A DNA stretch of 64,000 bases, from assembly GCA_964291265.2 (NCBI GenBank), contig OZ219747.1, forward strand, positions 160,001-224,000. Reading direction: 5' to 3'. Position 1 is the first letter of the stretch; each line of letters opens with the position of its first letter. The notes below the pieces were generated by a model. It was not told where the DNA came from, made no database searches, and saw nothing but the letters and a program-made list of their open reading frames with translations. Shown piece by piece: positions 34,224-44,558 of this stretch. Both the position numbers and the translations under genes were made by a program. The DNA comes from Alphaproteobacteria bacterium. GTDB taxonomy: Bacteria; Pseudomonadota; Alphaproteobacteria; SP197.

Positions 34224-34270
34224 GTCCCCTTCCGCTTTCCGTGCGCCTTCGGCCCCGACCGGAGGATCTC

Positions 34271-35098
34271 ATGATCACGCGGCCGGATAGGGAGGCAGTT
34301 CCGGCACTCGATCCCGACCGCTTTGCCGTTTTCGATCGCTGGCGGCGTGTCTGGGCCGTTGCATCGATCAACGGCCAGCGCAAGGCCCTCGTTGCCCTGC
34401 ACGACATGCTCGCTGATCGGTTCCGTTTCGGTGACCGTCTCGTCTATCTTGGCAACTACCTTGGAGATGGGGAGGATCCCTGCGGTACGCTTGACGAGCT
34501 GATCGCCTTTCGCCGGGCCATTCTCGCCCTGTGCGGCATGGCCCCGGGGGACATCGTGTTTCTTCGCGGCAGCCAGGAAGAGATGTGGCACAGACTTCAG
34601 CAACTTCACCTGGCGGTTGACGCGTCAGACGTGCTTGCCTGGATGCTGGACCAGGGAATCTCGGGCGCCATCGAATCCTACGGGCACTCGCCCGAACAGG
34701 GGATGCAGGCTGCCGGTCGCGGAACACAGGCCCTGATGGCCTGGACCTCCCGGCTGAGGAACGCCGTGCATAGTCGTCCAGGGCATGACGCGCTGATGAG
34801 TCAGCTCAAACGGGCCTGTCTGACAGCCGATGGTACCTTGCTGTTCGTGCACACCGGTCTCGACCCCGGGCGGCCGCTCGAGATCCAGTCCGATGCCTTC
34901 TGGTGGAATCCGGGAGGATTCCTGGCCCTCAGCAGACCCTATCGCAACATCCGTTACGTGGTCCGCGGCTTTGATCCCGACCAGCGCGGCATCGACATCG
35001 GAGACTACCGGGCATCGCTCGATGGCGGAACACGACGCAACCTGGTAGCAGGCTGTTTCGACCACGAAGCGCGCTTCGTTGACCGCATCATCGTATGA
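34271..35098 (+). CDS. Metallophosphoesterase-like protein with degenerate motifs
   Basis: ASING, YLGNY, LRGSQEEM, FVHTG at the positions of GDxHG, GDxxD, GNHE, HAG. Confidence 0.75.
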   Translation: MITRPDREAVPALDPDRFAVFDRWRRVWAVASINGQRKALVALHDMLADRFRFGDRLVYLGNYLGDGEDPCGTLDELIAFRRAILALCGMAPGDIVFLRGSQEEMWHRLQQLHLAVDASDVLAWMLDQGISGAIESYGHSPEQGMQAAGRGTQALMAWTSRLRNAVHSRPGHDALMSQLKRACLTADGTLLFVHTGLDPGRPLEIQSDAFWWNPGGFLALSRPYRNIRYVVRGFDPDQRGIDIGDYRASLDGGTRRNLVAGCFDHEARFVDRIIV

Positions 35099-35114
35099 CC
35101 GGCGAGGGCAAGAC

Positions 35115-36374
35115 ATGACACGCAATCTGAGGATCGATGGCGACCGCCTGTGGGATGCCATCATGGACATGGCCCGAATCGCGGCCACCGCAAAGGGCGG
35201 CAACTGCCGCCTTGCACTGACCGACGACGACCGCGAAGGGCGCGATCTCTTTGTTCGCTGGTGCGAGGCGGCCGGCATGACATGTACCGTCGACCGCATG
35301 GGAAACATCTTTGCCCGCCGCCCGGGCAAGGATCCGCACGCTCTTCCCGTCGCCACCGGCAGCCATCTCGACACTCAGCCCACCGGCGGCAAGTTCGACG
35401 GTGTCTATGGCGTCCTTGCCGGTCTTGAGGTGGTGCGCACGCTCAACGATGCCGAGATCGAGACGCAAGCGCCCATCGAGGTCATTTGCTGGACCAACGA
35501 GGAGGGTGCACGGTTTGCTCCCGCGATGATCGGTTCAGGCGTGTTCTCCGGGGACTTCAGCCTCGAATACGGTCATTCGCGGACCGACGCTGAAGGCATG
35601 ACGCTCGGCGGGGAGCTCGGACGTATCGGCTACCTCGGGGACGAGGAACCAGGCGGTCATCAGCTGGGGGCCCATTTCGAGGCGCATATCGAACAGGGAC
35701 CCATCCTCGAGGCGACGGGCAAGACCGTCGGTGTCGTGACAGGCGTTCAGGGAACGCACTGGTTCGACGTTCGCCTGGCCGGCATGGAAGCGCATGCCGG
35801 GCCCACCCCGATGGAGATGCGCCGCGACGCCGTCGTCGCGGCAGCCGCGCTGATCGGGGAAGTCAACGGTCTTGCCCTCGGAGAGGCGCCTCACGGACGC
35901 GCCACGTGCAAGATCACGAGCTGCATGCCGTCCGGCACGCGCAACACCATCGCCGGAGAGGTGGCCCTGACCGTCGATCTCAGGCATCCCGACAAGGCGG
36001 CCTACGAACGCATGGCCGGAACCCTCTGCGAGGTCGCGGCACGCACGGCTTCGGCCACGGGTGTCGCCATCGAGGTGGAGAAGATCTGGTCGTCACCTCC
36101 CATCGAATTCGATGCGGGGTGTATCGATGCGGTACGTCGCGCTGTCGCGCTGACAGGCTGCGATCACATGGACATGGTATCGGGCGCCGGTCACGATTCC
36201 GTCTATGTCAGCCGGGTGGCGCCAACGGCCATGATCTTTGTTCCCTGCGAGGGGGGCATCAGTCACAACGAAACGGAACATGCCACGTCCGGTGATCTCG
36301 CTGTGGGGGGCAACGTCCTGCTCCATGCCATGCTTGACTGCGCCGGACCCGTCACTCGAGACGGACCACCTTGA
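35115..36374 (+). CDS. Zn-dependent amidohydrolase (M20; allantoate/beta-ureidopropionase family)
   Basis: GSHLDTQPTGGKFDG, NEEGARF, HIEQGP, HAGPTPM, SGAGHD. Confidence 0.93.
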   Translation: MTRNLRIDGDRLWDAIMDMARIAATAKGGNCRLALTDDDREGRDLFVRWCEAAGMTCTVDRMGNIFARRPGKDPHALPVATGSHLDTQPTGGKFDGVYGVLAGLEVVRTLNDAEIETQAPIEVICWTNEEGARFAPAMIGSGVFSGDFSLEYGHSRTDAEGMTLGGELGRIGYLGDEEPGGHQLGAHFEAHIEQGPILEATGKTVGVVTGVQGTHWFDVRLAGMEAHAGPTPMEMRRDAVVAAAALIGEVNGLALGEAPHGRATCKITSCMPSGTRNTIAGEVALTVDLRHPDKAAYERMAGTLCEVAARTASATGVAIEVEKIWSSPPIEFDAGCIDAVRRAVALTGCDHMDMVSGAGHDSVYVSRVAPTAMIFVPCEGGISHNETEHATSGDLAVGGNVLLHAMLDCAGPVTRDGPP

Positions 36375-37833
36375 CCAGCATGCCGGGAGCAAGCTCGGTC
36401 TCCGCGTCGAAGGCGTTGAGAACCATGAACCGTTCCCGGCGATGGTCCTCGAACGCCATCATCCGGCTCAGCGAATCGATGGTGTCTCCCGGGGCGACCT
36501 CGACGATCCTGACACGCAGGGGACCGGCAGCTTCGGCTTCACCCGCCGACAACCGCCTGAAACTGGCCAGCGTCTGCTCTGCCAGATCGTCAAGGCCGCC
36601 GACCTCGCCCGCCGGCATGGAGAACAGGAACCGGGCCACTCGGCCCGGATTGAGGGCAATCGCGACCATCCGGTAGAGCCTGTCGCTGCCATCGGGGGCT
36701 GCACGGAAACGACCTCCGGCCGCCTGGTATCCCGCAACATCGAAGGTCTCGGGGTCGTCGACCCTCACGCGCAGTTCATCCGCCCACCGGTGGAGGTGAG
36801 ATGTCACACCGCCATGGATGTCCTCGACCCCGTTGAATGTGACAAGGGCGCCGGAATCGTCTTGAGCACGTACCTGTCCGCTGACCCGGAACATCGCCAG
36901 ACCTTCAGGCACATCGAAGGCAAAGCGCCATGCGGGATGCACGAAGCTGCGTTCGAGGATGCGCCCCTGGTCGGCGCGCTCACCGTAGGCGATGCCGTCA
37001 ATCATCCGCAGATAGGGCTCCCGGTTGAGAACGGGCCCATCGGTCGTGAACCGTGCCTCCCGGGCGGCCAGCACGACACGCTCGGCTGTCCGGGGATGGG
37101 TGGCAAACCAGCGTGTCAGAAGGGCCGGGTCGCGGTTGAGGGGCGACAGTGCATCGAGCAGGTCCGAGTGTCGCTCCAGCTGTCTCAAGAAGGTCGCCAT
37201 GGCGTATGGGTCGTAGCCGGCGCGAGCCAGATAGCGGATCCCGAGAGTGTCGGACTCGATCTCCTGTTCGCGGCTGAAACCGGCGATGACCGCATGGCCC
37301 GCCAACCCGGAAAGGTCGGTGGCGAGCCCGCCATACCCGAGATGGGATGTCGATGCATCGACCACCGTGACGGCGATCTCGGCAACCCGGGCCCAGGAAA
37401 GTCGCTGCGCCGTGTGGCGGGCGGCCACGTGGCCGATCTCGTGGCCGATCACGCCGGCAAGTTCGGCCTCGTTGTTGGCGAGTGCCAAAAGCCCGCGTGT
37501 CACGTAGATGTAACCACCCGGCAGGGCGAAGGCATTGACCAAATCCGTGTCGAGAACCGTTACCGTGAGCATCTGGGAGGAGATGTCCGATGCCGCCAGC
37601 ACTCTGGCGGACACCATGGCCACGTAGGCATTGATCCGGGGATGCTCCTCGTGGAGACCGTACTCGTTGAGGATCTCCGGGTGGTGTTCAGCGCCGAGCG
37701 CACGTTCTTCGTTCTCGCTGACAAGCGAGAACATCGATCCGCCGGTAGCGGGATTGTTCGCGCACCCCGCCGCCGTCAGGGTGAGAGCACAGCAGACCGC
37801 CAGTGCCGGCGCGAAGTGCCCGGTGTCAGTCAT
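36352..37833 (-). CDS. M48 family metalloprotease lipoprotein
   Basis: Lipobox AAGC, NAFALPGG, HEIGH, FSREQEIESD, THP; LysM-like C-terminus. Confidence 0.9.
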   Translation of the reverse strand: MTDTGHFAPALAVCCALTLTAAGCANNPATGGSMFSLVSENEERALGAEHHPEILNEYGLHEEHPRINAYVAMVSARVLAASDISSQMLTVTVLDTDLVNAFALPGGYIYVTRGLLALANNEAELAGVIGHEIGHVAARHTAQRLSWARVAEIAVTVVDASTSHLGYGGLATDLSGLAGHAVIAGFSREQEIESDTLGIRYLARAGYDPYAMATFLRQLERHSDLLDALSPLNRDPALLTRWFATHPRTAERVVLAAREARFTTDGPVLNREPYLRMIDGIAYGERADQGRILERSFVHPAWRFAFDVPEGLAMFRVSGQVRAQDDSGALVTFNGVEDIHGGVTSHLHRWADELRVRVDDPETFDVAGYQAAGGRFRAAPDGSDRLYRMVAIALNPGRVARFLFSMPAGEVGGLDDLAEQTLASFRRLSAGEAEAAGPLRVRIVEVAPGDTIDSLSRMMAFEDHRRERFMVLNAFDAETELAPGMLVKVVRLE

Positions 37834-38251
37834 CCCCGATGATCAGAGATTCAAGATGGGCGCGTATGTCGTCCGGAAGGGTCCTCTTGGCCCGTTTTTC
37901 AAGATCGAAACACAGGGTCGTGCACCGCAGGCGCGCCGCTGTCGCGCCAGTCGTTCCATGGCGCATCGTCGAACGGATGGTGACCGAGGAGTCGCCCAGT
38001 TTCTCGATGCCGGACTCGATGACCAGGGGATCGTTGATGACCAATTCGTCAACGAAATCTATTTCCGCACGGATGTCGACAAATCCCAGGTTGTCCGCCT
38101 CCAGCCTTTCCCGCGTGACACCTGAGCGCTGGATCATGTGCCAGCCCGCCATGTCGAACTTCGCGTAGTACTGGACCGCGTTCATGTGGCCCTGGTGATC
38201 GCAGTCCCAGGTCGTCACCATCGAACGGTGAGTCTCGATCCATCCACCCAT
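37826..38251 (-). CDS. Thioesterase family protein (4HBT-like)
   Basis: WDCDHQGHMN..Y motif. Confidence 0.85.
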   Translation of the reverse strand: MGGWIETHRSMVTTWDCDHQGHMNAVQYYAKFDMAGWHMIQRSGVTRERLEADNLGFVDIRAEIDFVDELVINDPLVIESGIEKLGDSSVTIRSTMRHGTTGATAARLRCTTLCFDLEKRAKRTLPDDIRAHLESLIIGDD

Positions 38252-38538
38252 GACACAAGGATTACTGTGCCAGGACCGACAAGGCAATCATCCGGCACGG
38301 CAGGTGTGCTTCGAGCGACCCGGACTCCCTTCCCTGCCGGATGAGGAAATGCCGGGCAATTCCGGACGTCATGCATTGACCTGCTCCGGCCCCGACGTTC
38401 GTGGATGACACTCGAGGTCAGGACTCTGTGACCACATGGCCACATCGAGGAGGGCAGGTGCAGTGGGGGAAGTGTCCCCATTCGACATCCACACCGGTCC
38501 GACGCGCGCAATGACGCGGCCTTCGGAAACGGTCAGGT

Positions 38539-39126
38539 TCACCGCACCGACTTGCGCATCGTTGTGACGGTGCGGAAGGAGAAGACTGCACGGAAGGGGC
38601 CGGTCCCGGTTCGCTCGACGGCGATGAAGCCCTGGCGCTCATAGAGGGATCTGGCGCGCGGATTGGTGTCGACGACATCCAACCGGACACCGGTCTTGCG
38701 CAGGTCTCGCGCATGGTCACAAACGGCGGCCAGCAACCGCGTGCCGATACCCCGGCCGCGCGCCGCGGCGGCAACCGCGATGCCGTCCATGAGCAACGTG
38801 TCGCGGACCTCGCGCCGGTGGAGCGCCGCCAGTCCGATGGCCCGGATTGGTCCGCTCAGACCGTACTCGCGCCAGAGCGGGGCCAGGCCGATTTCGAACA
38901 GGCCGATCCGGTCCTCCTGAAACCCGGCAATGCCGACAATGCCCGTGTCATCGATGGCAACGAAAGCCCGGTCAGCCCGCATCGTCGGGGCAAGGAACCG
39001 CGCTGCCCTCTCGACCGGACCGAGGAAGGGCGTCAGCTTGGCTTGCAGCGCCTCGCAATACAGCGCGGTCGCCTGCGCGCGCAGACTCCCGGGCACGCCG
39101 TGTTGGATGATGACAGAATCGTTCAT
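38539..39126 (-). CDS. GNAT family N-acetyltransferase
   Basis: DGIAV..ARGRGIGTRLL, LDVVDTNPRARSLYERQGF. Confidence 0.88.
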   Translation of the reverse strand: MNDSVIIQHGVPGSLRAQATALYCEALQAKLTPFLGPVERAARFLAPTMRADRAFVAIDDTGIVGIAGFQEDRIGLFEIGLAPLWREYGLSGPIRAIGLAALHRREVRDTLLMDGIAVAAAARGRGIGTRLLAAVCDHARDLRKTGVRLDVVDTNPRARSLYERQGFIAVERTGTGPFRAVFSFRTVTTMRKSVR

Positions 39127-39359
39127 CCTCAGGGAGATGGGGACGGCGGCCAGCGGACAAAAGGGGGACCGGCCACCGACAGGGCCTTCGGAAACGCAAG
39201 GTCGCCAGGGACCGGATGGGTTGCGTTGTGTGTGGCGCGGCATCGACGGACCGGTAGAGTCGGGCTGCGCCAACCTCAAAGACCCGCGATCCGCGCCGGC
39301 CATGTTGCCGTCATTGATCCACGAAAAATGGCGGCATGCTGTCAGTCGACGCAGGCGGT

Positions 39360-40289
39360 TCAGGGAGCGATGGCCACGTGAGCGGCGATGTAGGCGCCAT
39401 AGGCGGTGCAGAGGAGAAGGCCGATCCGCCGGCCGATCCGCCGGCTCGTCATCATCACGAGCACCATGAGGGCCGACGTGAAGAGCAGGACCCAGAGGTC
39501 GAAACCCACGATCCCTCCGGCGACAGGCAAGGGCGAGAACAGGGCGGTGACAGCGGCTATACCCAGGATATTGAACAGATTGCTCCCGATCAGGTTGCCG
39601 AGGCACAGCTCCGTGTGGCCACGCCTTGCCGCAGCGAGACTGGTCGCAATCTCGGGCAGAGACGTGCCGACGGCAATCAGCGTCAGGCCGATGACCTCCT
39701 CGCCGACTCCGAACTCGGTTGCAAGGCGCACGGCGCCCCGCACGAGGCACTCGGCTCCGACGAGCACGGCAGCGAGACCACCGGCCAGAAGCGTGAAGGA
39801 CATGACAGCACGCCCCGGCCCCCGCAATCCGGGCAGGGATGACAGGTCCGTGTCGCGGTGCACGGACCATGTGATGTAGACGCCCAGGACGACGATCATG
39901 AGCGCTCCATGCCACCATTCGATCCGTCCGGCGAAGGCACCGATGCCGGTGAATGCCAGCGTCGCGCAGAGCAGGGCCGTGGCGTCGCGGCGCAAGGCCA
40001 GCCGATCGACGACCACGGGACATACAACGGCAGTCAACCCCAGGATCATCATCGCATTCGCGATGTTGCTGCCGATCACGTTGCCCACCGCGAGTCCCGG
40101 TGATCCGTTGATGGCCGCATCGATGCAGACCGCGAGCTCGGGAAGCGAGGTCCCGAACCCGACGATGGCAATGCCGACCACAAGCGGCGACATGCCGAGT
40201 CGCGAGGCGAGGCTGGTCGCGCCGCGCACCACGCCTTCCCCGCCAAGCAACAACAGGCCGAATCCGGCCAGGACCAGGGCGACAGTCAT
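39360..40289 (-). CDS. Ca2+/Na+ antiporter (YrbG family)
   Basis: Two alpha repeats, GTSLPE..GNVIGSN and GTSLPE..GNLIGSN. Confidence 0.92.
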   Translation of the reverse strand: MTVALVLAGFGLLLLGGEGVVRGATSLASRLGMSPLVVGIAIVGFGTSLPELAVCIDAAINGSPGLAVGNVIGSNIANAMMILGLTAVVCPVVVDRLALRRDATALLCATLAFTGIGAFAGRIEWWHGALMIVVLGVYITWSVHRDTDLSSLPGLRGPGRAVMSFTLLAGGLAAVLVGAECLVRGAVRLATEFGVGEEVIGLTLIAVGTSLPEIATSLAAARRGHTELCLGNLIGSNLFNILGIAAVTALFSPLPVAGGIVGFDLWVLLFTSALMVLVMMTSRRIGRRIGLLLCTAYGAYIAAHVAIAP

Positions 40290-40373
40290 GGTATTCCGAT
40301 CAGGGCAGCGGAGTGCTCACCGCACGTGGCAGACGGTCGCCGGCGCCGGTATCCTCCTGCCTCTCCACAGCCG

Positions 40374-40808
40374 TCATCGCGACCGCTCCCTGCCCCGGTC
40401 CTGCAACACGGCCCAGACGTCGACTTCCATGTCGAGCCAGGGGCGGGCGAGAGCACTGATGACGGCCGCATCGAGGATGATGGGGATGCCGCGGAAGTGC
40501 TGGCCCAGCACCCTTGATGCCGGTTCGATGAAGGCGCGGTCCCTCACCCACAGCCGGACCTTGCAGACATCCTCGAGACCGCCGCCCGCTTGCGCCAGCA
40601 GGAAAACGAGATTCTGCATGGCCTGTCCGGCCTGGCGGGCGACGTCGCCTCGACCATGGAACGTGCCGTCAAGGTCGTGCCCGGTCTGGCCGCGTATCGC
40701 CAGCCAGCGACCGGCCCGCACCATCATGGCGAGACGCGATCCCAGTTTCTGCTCGCCGCGGTACCACTGGTCGGTGTCGAAGACCCGGAAGCGTTCGTGC
40801 GCCGTCAT
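40374..40808 (-). CDS. RidA/YjgF family protein
   Basis: RGQTG..GDVARQAGQAMQN..ISALARPWLDMEVD. Confidence 0.85.
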   Translation of the reverse strand: MTAHERFRVFDTDQWYRGEQKLGSRLAMMVRAGRWLAIRGQTGHDLDGTFHGRGDVARQAGQAMQNLVFLLAQAGGGLEDVCKVRLWVRDRAFIEPASRVLGQHFRGIPIILDAAVISALARPWLDMEVDVWAVLQDRGRERSR

Positions 40809-40821
40809 GCCGTATCGATCG

Positions 40822-41811
40822 TCAGTACCGGTGGAAGGTGCTGATCCGGTTGCGCAACCGAGAGCCACGAAGTCGACGGGAAAGGTTGTCGAAGAAGAGG
40901 TCAAGCGTGTCGGGAATGTATGTCCTGACATCGTCCGACGAGCAGTGGGGCGATATGAAGAGATCGGGGACCGTCCACAGGCGCGAGCCGGGAGGCAGCG
41001 GCTCGGGATCGAAGACGTCGAGATGGGCCGCCGCCAGATGGCCGCTCTCAAGGAGGTCGCCGAGTGCATCGACGTCGACGATCGCAGACCGTCCCATGTT
41101 GAGGAGTGTCGCCCCCGGCTTCATCGACGAGAGCCGGCGGCGGTTCAGGAGATTGCGGGTTTCGGGCGTGAGCGGCGCCATCACGACGACGGTGTCCGCC
41201 TCACCCAGCACCGTGTCGATGGCATCGACGGCGACCACCCTGTCGGCCCAGCGGAACGGCTGGCCACGGCGCGTGACACCGATCACCGTCATGGCGAGGC
41301 GCTGACGCAGCCAGCGTGCCGTGGGGCCGCCCATGCCACCCAGGCCAATCACGACGGCCGTTCCGCCCTCGATGCGTGTGGTGAACCGCCGCGACCAGCG
41401 TCGCTGTGCCTTGGCGTGGGCGAAATGCGGCAGTCCGTGCGCCATGGCGAGCACCGAAGCCGCGGCGAACTCAGCAGCCTTGGGGCCGTGAACGCCGCTG
41501 TTGCTGGTGATGGCGAGGCCCCGCCAGGTCCAGTCGAAGGGCTGCAGGTGTTCGGTTCCGGCTCCTGTAAGCGTGATCCACGTCAGCCTTGGCGCCAGGA
41601 ATGCGAGCTCGCGCGTGGGAAACCGCCAGCCCATCAGGATATCGGCATCAGCCACGCCTTCGGCAAAGCGGTCGTGGTCGACACTCCAGTCGAAGCGGAC
41701 ATGGCGCGCGAGGTGCGGATGACGCGCCAGGGCTTCGGCCACCAGTTCCTCGGTCACGTGAAAGACGGGCGCCTGGGCAGAAAGGGCGCTGACGTGGACC
41801 TTCAGGGTCAT
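40822..41811 (-). CDS. D-2-hydroxyacid dehydrogenase
   Basis: GAGTEH, GLGGMG, PLTPET, NMGR, LDVFDPEPL, SPH. Confidence 0.9.
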   Translation of the reverse strand: MTLKVHVSALSAQAPVFHVTEELVAEALARHPHLARHVRFDWSVDHDRFAEGVADADILMGWRFPTRELAFLAPRLTWITLTGAGTEHLQPFDWTWRGLAITSNSGVHGPKAAEFAAASVLAMAHGLPHFAHAKAQRRWSRRFTTRIEGGTAVVIGLGGMGGPTARWLRQRLAMTVIGVTRRGQPFRWADRVVAVDAIDTVLGEADTVVVMAPLTPETRNLLNRRRLSSMKPGATLLNMGRSAIVDVDALGDLLESGHLAAAHLDVFDPEPLPPGSRLWTVPDLFISPHCSSDDVRTYIPDTLDLFFDNLSRRLRGSRLRNRISTFHRY

Positions 41812-42947
41812 GGATCGAGAACGCGGTCGAGGACCCAGTTGTCGATGGCGTGGACCAGGGGTTCGAGGTGACTGAACCTGCCTGGTGCGACAAAGGGTGA
41901 GCGAAGGCCTCTCTGCTGGAGACCGGAGACCTCGTTGTCCTCGATGATCGATCGGTTCCAGCGTTCGTAGTAGTTGGGCGCCAGTTCGGCGAAGTCGTTG
42001 CGCCGTGCGGTCGATTCGGGAAAGCAGGATCCGACAATCAACCGCGTCTTGCCGGCAGAGAGCGGATGGAGTTCGAGCCACCACATGCAGTCGTAGGTCA
42101 GGCCGAACATGGTCGAGGGAAAGAGAAGGATGTAGTAGGTCCCCTCGGCCGAACGGCCCTCGAGGGTGGGGATATGGGGAAAGCCCTTCATGCCCTCCAG
42201 CAGGGCGCGGCTCCCTTCGTGGCGCGTGAACAGGCCGCAGTACTGGCCATGGGCCGGAATCGGCGGATTGTGATCGCGCTTCTGCTTGTGGATGGTCTGC
42301 TGGTGAACGGTGGGAACGTGGTAGCTCTCCATCGCGTTCTCGACATAGACCTTCCAGTTGCAGTCGAGATCGTACTCGACGCGCCTGGTCGTCACCATGG
42401 CGTCGAGATCGTATGGGGCGAGGACCTGCGGCAGGTCGCCAAGCCAGGTCCCCAGAGATTCGGCCGCGGAATCGAAGTTGAGGAACATGAACCCGGCCCA
42501 GATCTCCAGTTTGAGTTCGATGAGACCGAAGTGCTTGCGATCGAAGCCGACCGTCTCCTCCATGTCCATGGCGCCGATGAGGCGTCCGTCGTCGATGGCG
42601 TAGGTCCAGGCGTGGTAGGGACAGGAAAAGGCGTGGTGGCACCGGCCCTCGCCCGACACCACGCGGGCGCCGCGGTGACGACAGGTGTTGGCAAAGGCGC
42701 GGACCCTCGAATCCCGGCCCCGGACGATGACCACAGGCACGCCGACGAAGTCGAGGGAAACGTAGCAACCCGGTTCCGGCACACGGTCTTCCCGGCCGAT
42801 GAAGTTCCAGCATTTCATGAAGATGGTCTCCACCTCGCGGCGGAAGAACTCCCCGGAGGTGTAGCACGCCCCGGGAAGAGTCTCGGCATCCAGCAGCGGT
42901 CTCCTGGTGGCCTCGTAGCGACGCGGGTCGAACAGGTTCTCGTTCAT
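41808..42947 (-). CDS. Rieske non-heme iron oxygenase alpha subunit
   Basis: CRHRG..CPYH; NWKVYVENAMESYHVPTVH. Confidence 0.9.
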   Translation of the reverse strand: MNENLFDPRRYEATRRPLLDAETLPGACYTSGEFFRREVETIFMKCWNFIGREDRVPEPGCYVSLDFVGVPVVIVRGRDSRVRAFANTCRHRGARVVSGEGRCHHAFSCPYHAWTYAIDDGRLIGAMDMEETVGFDRKHFGLIELKLEIWAGFMFLNFDSAAESLGTWLGDLPQVLAPYDLDAMVTTRRVEYDLDCNWKVYVENAMESYHVPTVHQQTIHKQKRDHNPPIPAHGQYCGLFTRHEGSRALLEGMKGFPHIPTLEGRSAEGTYYILLFPSTMFGLTYDCMWWLELHPLSAGKTRLIVGSCFPESTARRNDFAELAPNYYERWNRSIIEDNEVSGLQQRGLRSPFVAPGRFSHLEPLVHAIDNWVLDRVLDP

Positions 42948-44443
42948 CGTGCTTCCTCTTCCTTGCGTCGACGCACGAATGCCTCGAGCTCCTCGGCGCG
43001 GGCAGGATCGAGCGGCGGCGGCGCGAAACGCCGCAGCAGTTCCTTCCAGATCCCGTTGGCCCGCCGTGTGGCATTCCTGGCTCCGTCCTCGTGCCAGGTT
43101 TCGAAATTGCGCCAGTCGGACAGCATGGGCTGGTAAAACGCGGTGTCGTAGTGGCGAAGTGTATGCCGTGCGCCGAAGAAGTGCCCGCCGGGCTGAACCT
43201 CGGCAATGGCATCGAAGGCCAGCGTCTCGTCGTCGACGACGAGGGGCTGGAGAAATTCGCCGATCATCTGCAGCATCTCGGCGTCGAGCACCGCCTTCTC
43301 GAAACTGGCCGTCAGACCGCCCTCGAGCCAGCCGGCGCCATGGTGAAGGAGGTTGGCGTGGCCGAGCACCGCGCCCCAGATCGACATCTGGGACTCATAG
43401 GCCGCCTGGGCGTCGACGGCGTTCGAGGCGTTCGTGTTGCTGGACCGGTAGGGGAGACCGTAGCGGCGGGCCAGCTGACCGCCGACGAGCGCGGCCCTGG
43501 TGTATTCCGGTGTTCCGAAGGCCGGTGCGCCCGTCCGCATGTCGACATTGCTGGTGAAGCTGCCATAGAAGACCGGCGCCCCCGGAGCGACAATCTGGGT
43601 GAGGGCGATGCCGGCCAGCGCCTCGGCGTTCTGCTGGACCAGCGAACCCGGAAGGGTTGCCGGACTCATGGCGCCGGCGAGCGTGAACGGTGTCAGCGAC
43701 ACCGCCTGACCATTGGTGGCCGCCTCGATCAGCCCCTCGAGCATGGGGCCGTCAATGCGCCGTGGCGAATTGACGTTGATCGTGGTGAAGAACCCGGGTT
43801 TCCGGCGCACATCTTCCCTGGCGACCCCCCGCACGATGGCCAGCATGTCGACGGCATCGCTCACCCGCTTGCGGCCCAGGCCCGTGGCATGCCAGACCTT
43901 GTCGGAAAGCGTCAGGATCGTCTGAATGCAGTCGAGATGGCGTGTTTCGGCATCGAGATCGACCGGCGCGATGGGAACGCCGCCGCACAGGTGCAGGACA
44001 TCGAGACTCTGCATGAGCTGGATGTAGTTCCGGAAATCAGCGAAACTCCCCTGCCTGCGGCCGCCGTCGAGATCACTGGCGTTCGCCGGGCCGCCCACCG
44101 AATTGAAGGCGATGTGGTTGCCTCCGAACGTGACGGCGCGCTCGGCGTTGCGCGGATGAAGCGTGAACTCCGCCGGCGCCCGGGACACCAGCTCCGTGAC
44201 CAGCGACCGATCGAAACGCACGCATTGACCCGTCACCTCGGCGCCGGCCGTCTTGAGGTGCTCGAGCGCCTCGTCGAGCAGGAATTCAATTCCCAGCTCC
44301 TCGAGAACGCGCAACGACGTGTCATGAATGGATTCGAGATGGTCGTCGGAGATAATCCCGAGTGGTGGATAGGGATTCACGAGGCGCCTCCAGGGCGTCT
44401 GCGACACGAGGTCAGCCGCTGGGCGTCGTGTCCGCCTCTTCAC
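42944..44443 (-). CDS. Trimethylamine methyltransferase family protein (MttB, non-pyrrolysine)
   Basis: IHDTSLRVLEELG, GAMSPATL.G, GAPAFGTPE, DAQAAYES, HGAGWLEGGL; no in-frame TAG; start approximate. Confidence 0.9.
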   Translation of the reverse strand: MKRRTRRPAADLVSQTPWRRLVNPYPPLGIISDDHLESIHDTSLRVLEELGIEFLLDEALEHLKTAGAEVTGQCVRFDRSLVTELVSRAPAEFTLHPRNAERAVTFGGNHIAFNSVGGPANASDLDGGRRQGSFADFRNYIQLMQSLDVLHLCGGVPIAPVDLDAETRHLDCIQTILTLSDKVWHATGLGRKRVSDAVDMLAIVRGVAREDVRRKPGFFTTINVNSPRRIDGPMLEGLIEAATNGQAVSLTPFTLAGAMSPATLPGSLVQQNAEALAGIALTQIVAPGAPVFYGSFTSNVDMRTGAPAFGTPEYTRAALVGGQLARRYGLPYRSSNTNASNAVDAQAAYESQMSIWGAVLGHANLLHHGAGWLEGGLTASFEKAVLDAEMLQMIGEFLQPLVVDDETLAFDAIAEVQPGGHFFGARHTLRHYDTAFYQPMLSDWRNFETWHEDGARNATRRANGIWKELLRRFAPPPLDPARAEELEAFVRRRKEEEAR

Positions 44444-44558
44444 ATCCCGCCGTCTCACGAGATCCTCCGGAACCTGCGGACGAGGGGCTCCGCGACGAGA
44501 CGGAGAAGCCGGCAAATCTCCCTGTTCGGCACGGCGGGACGAACGGAAGGGCCTTCCA

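Noticed and set aside
42944-44443. Pyrrolysine recoding in the MttB homolog
   Set aside because: No in-frame amber codon and no pyl genes in the window
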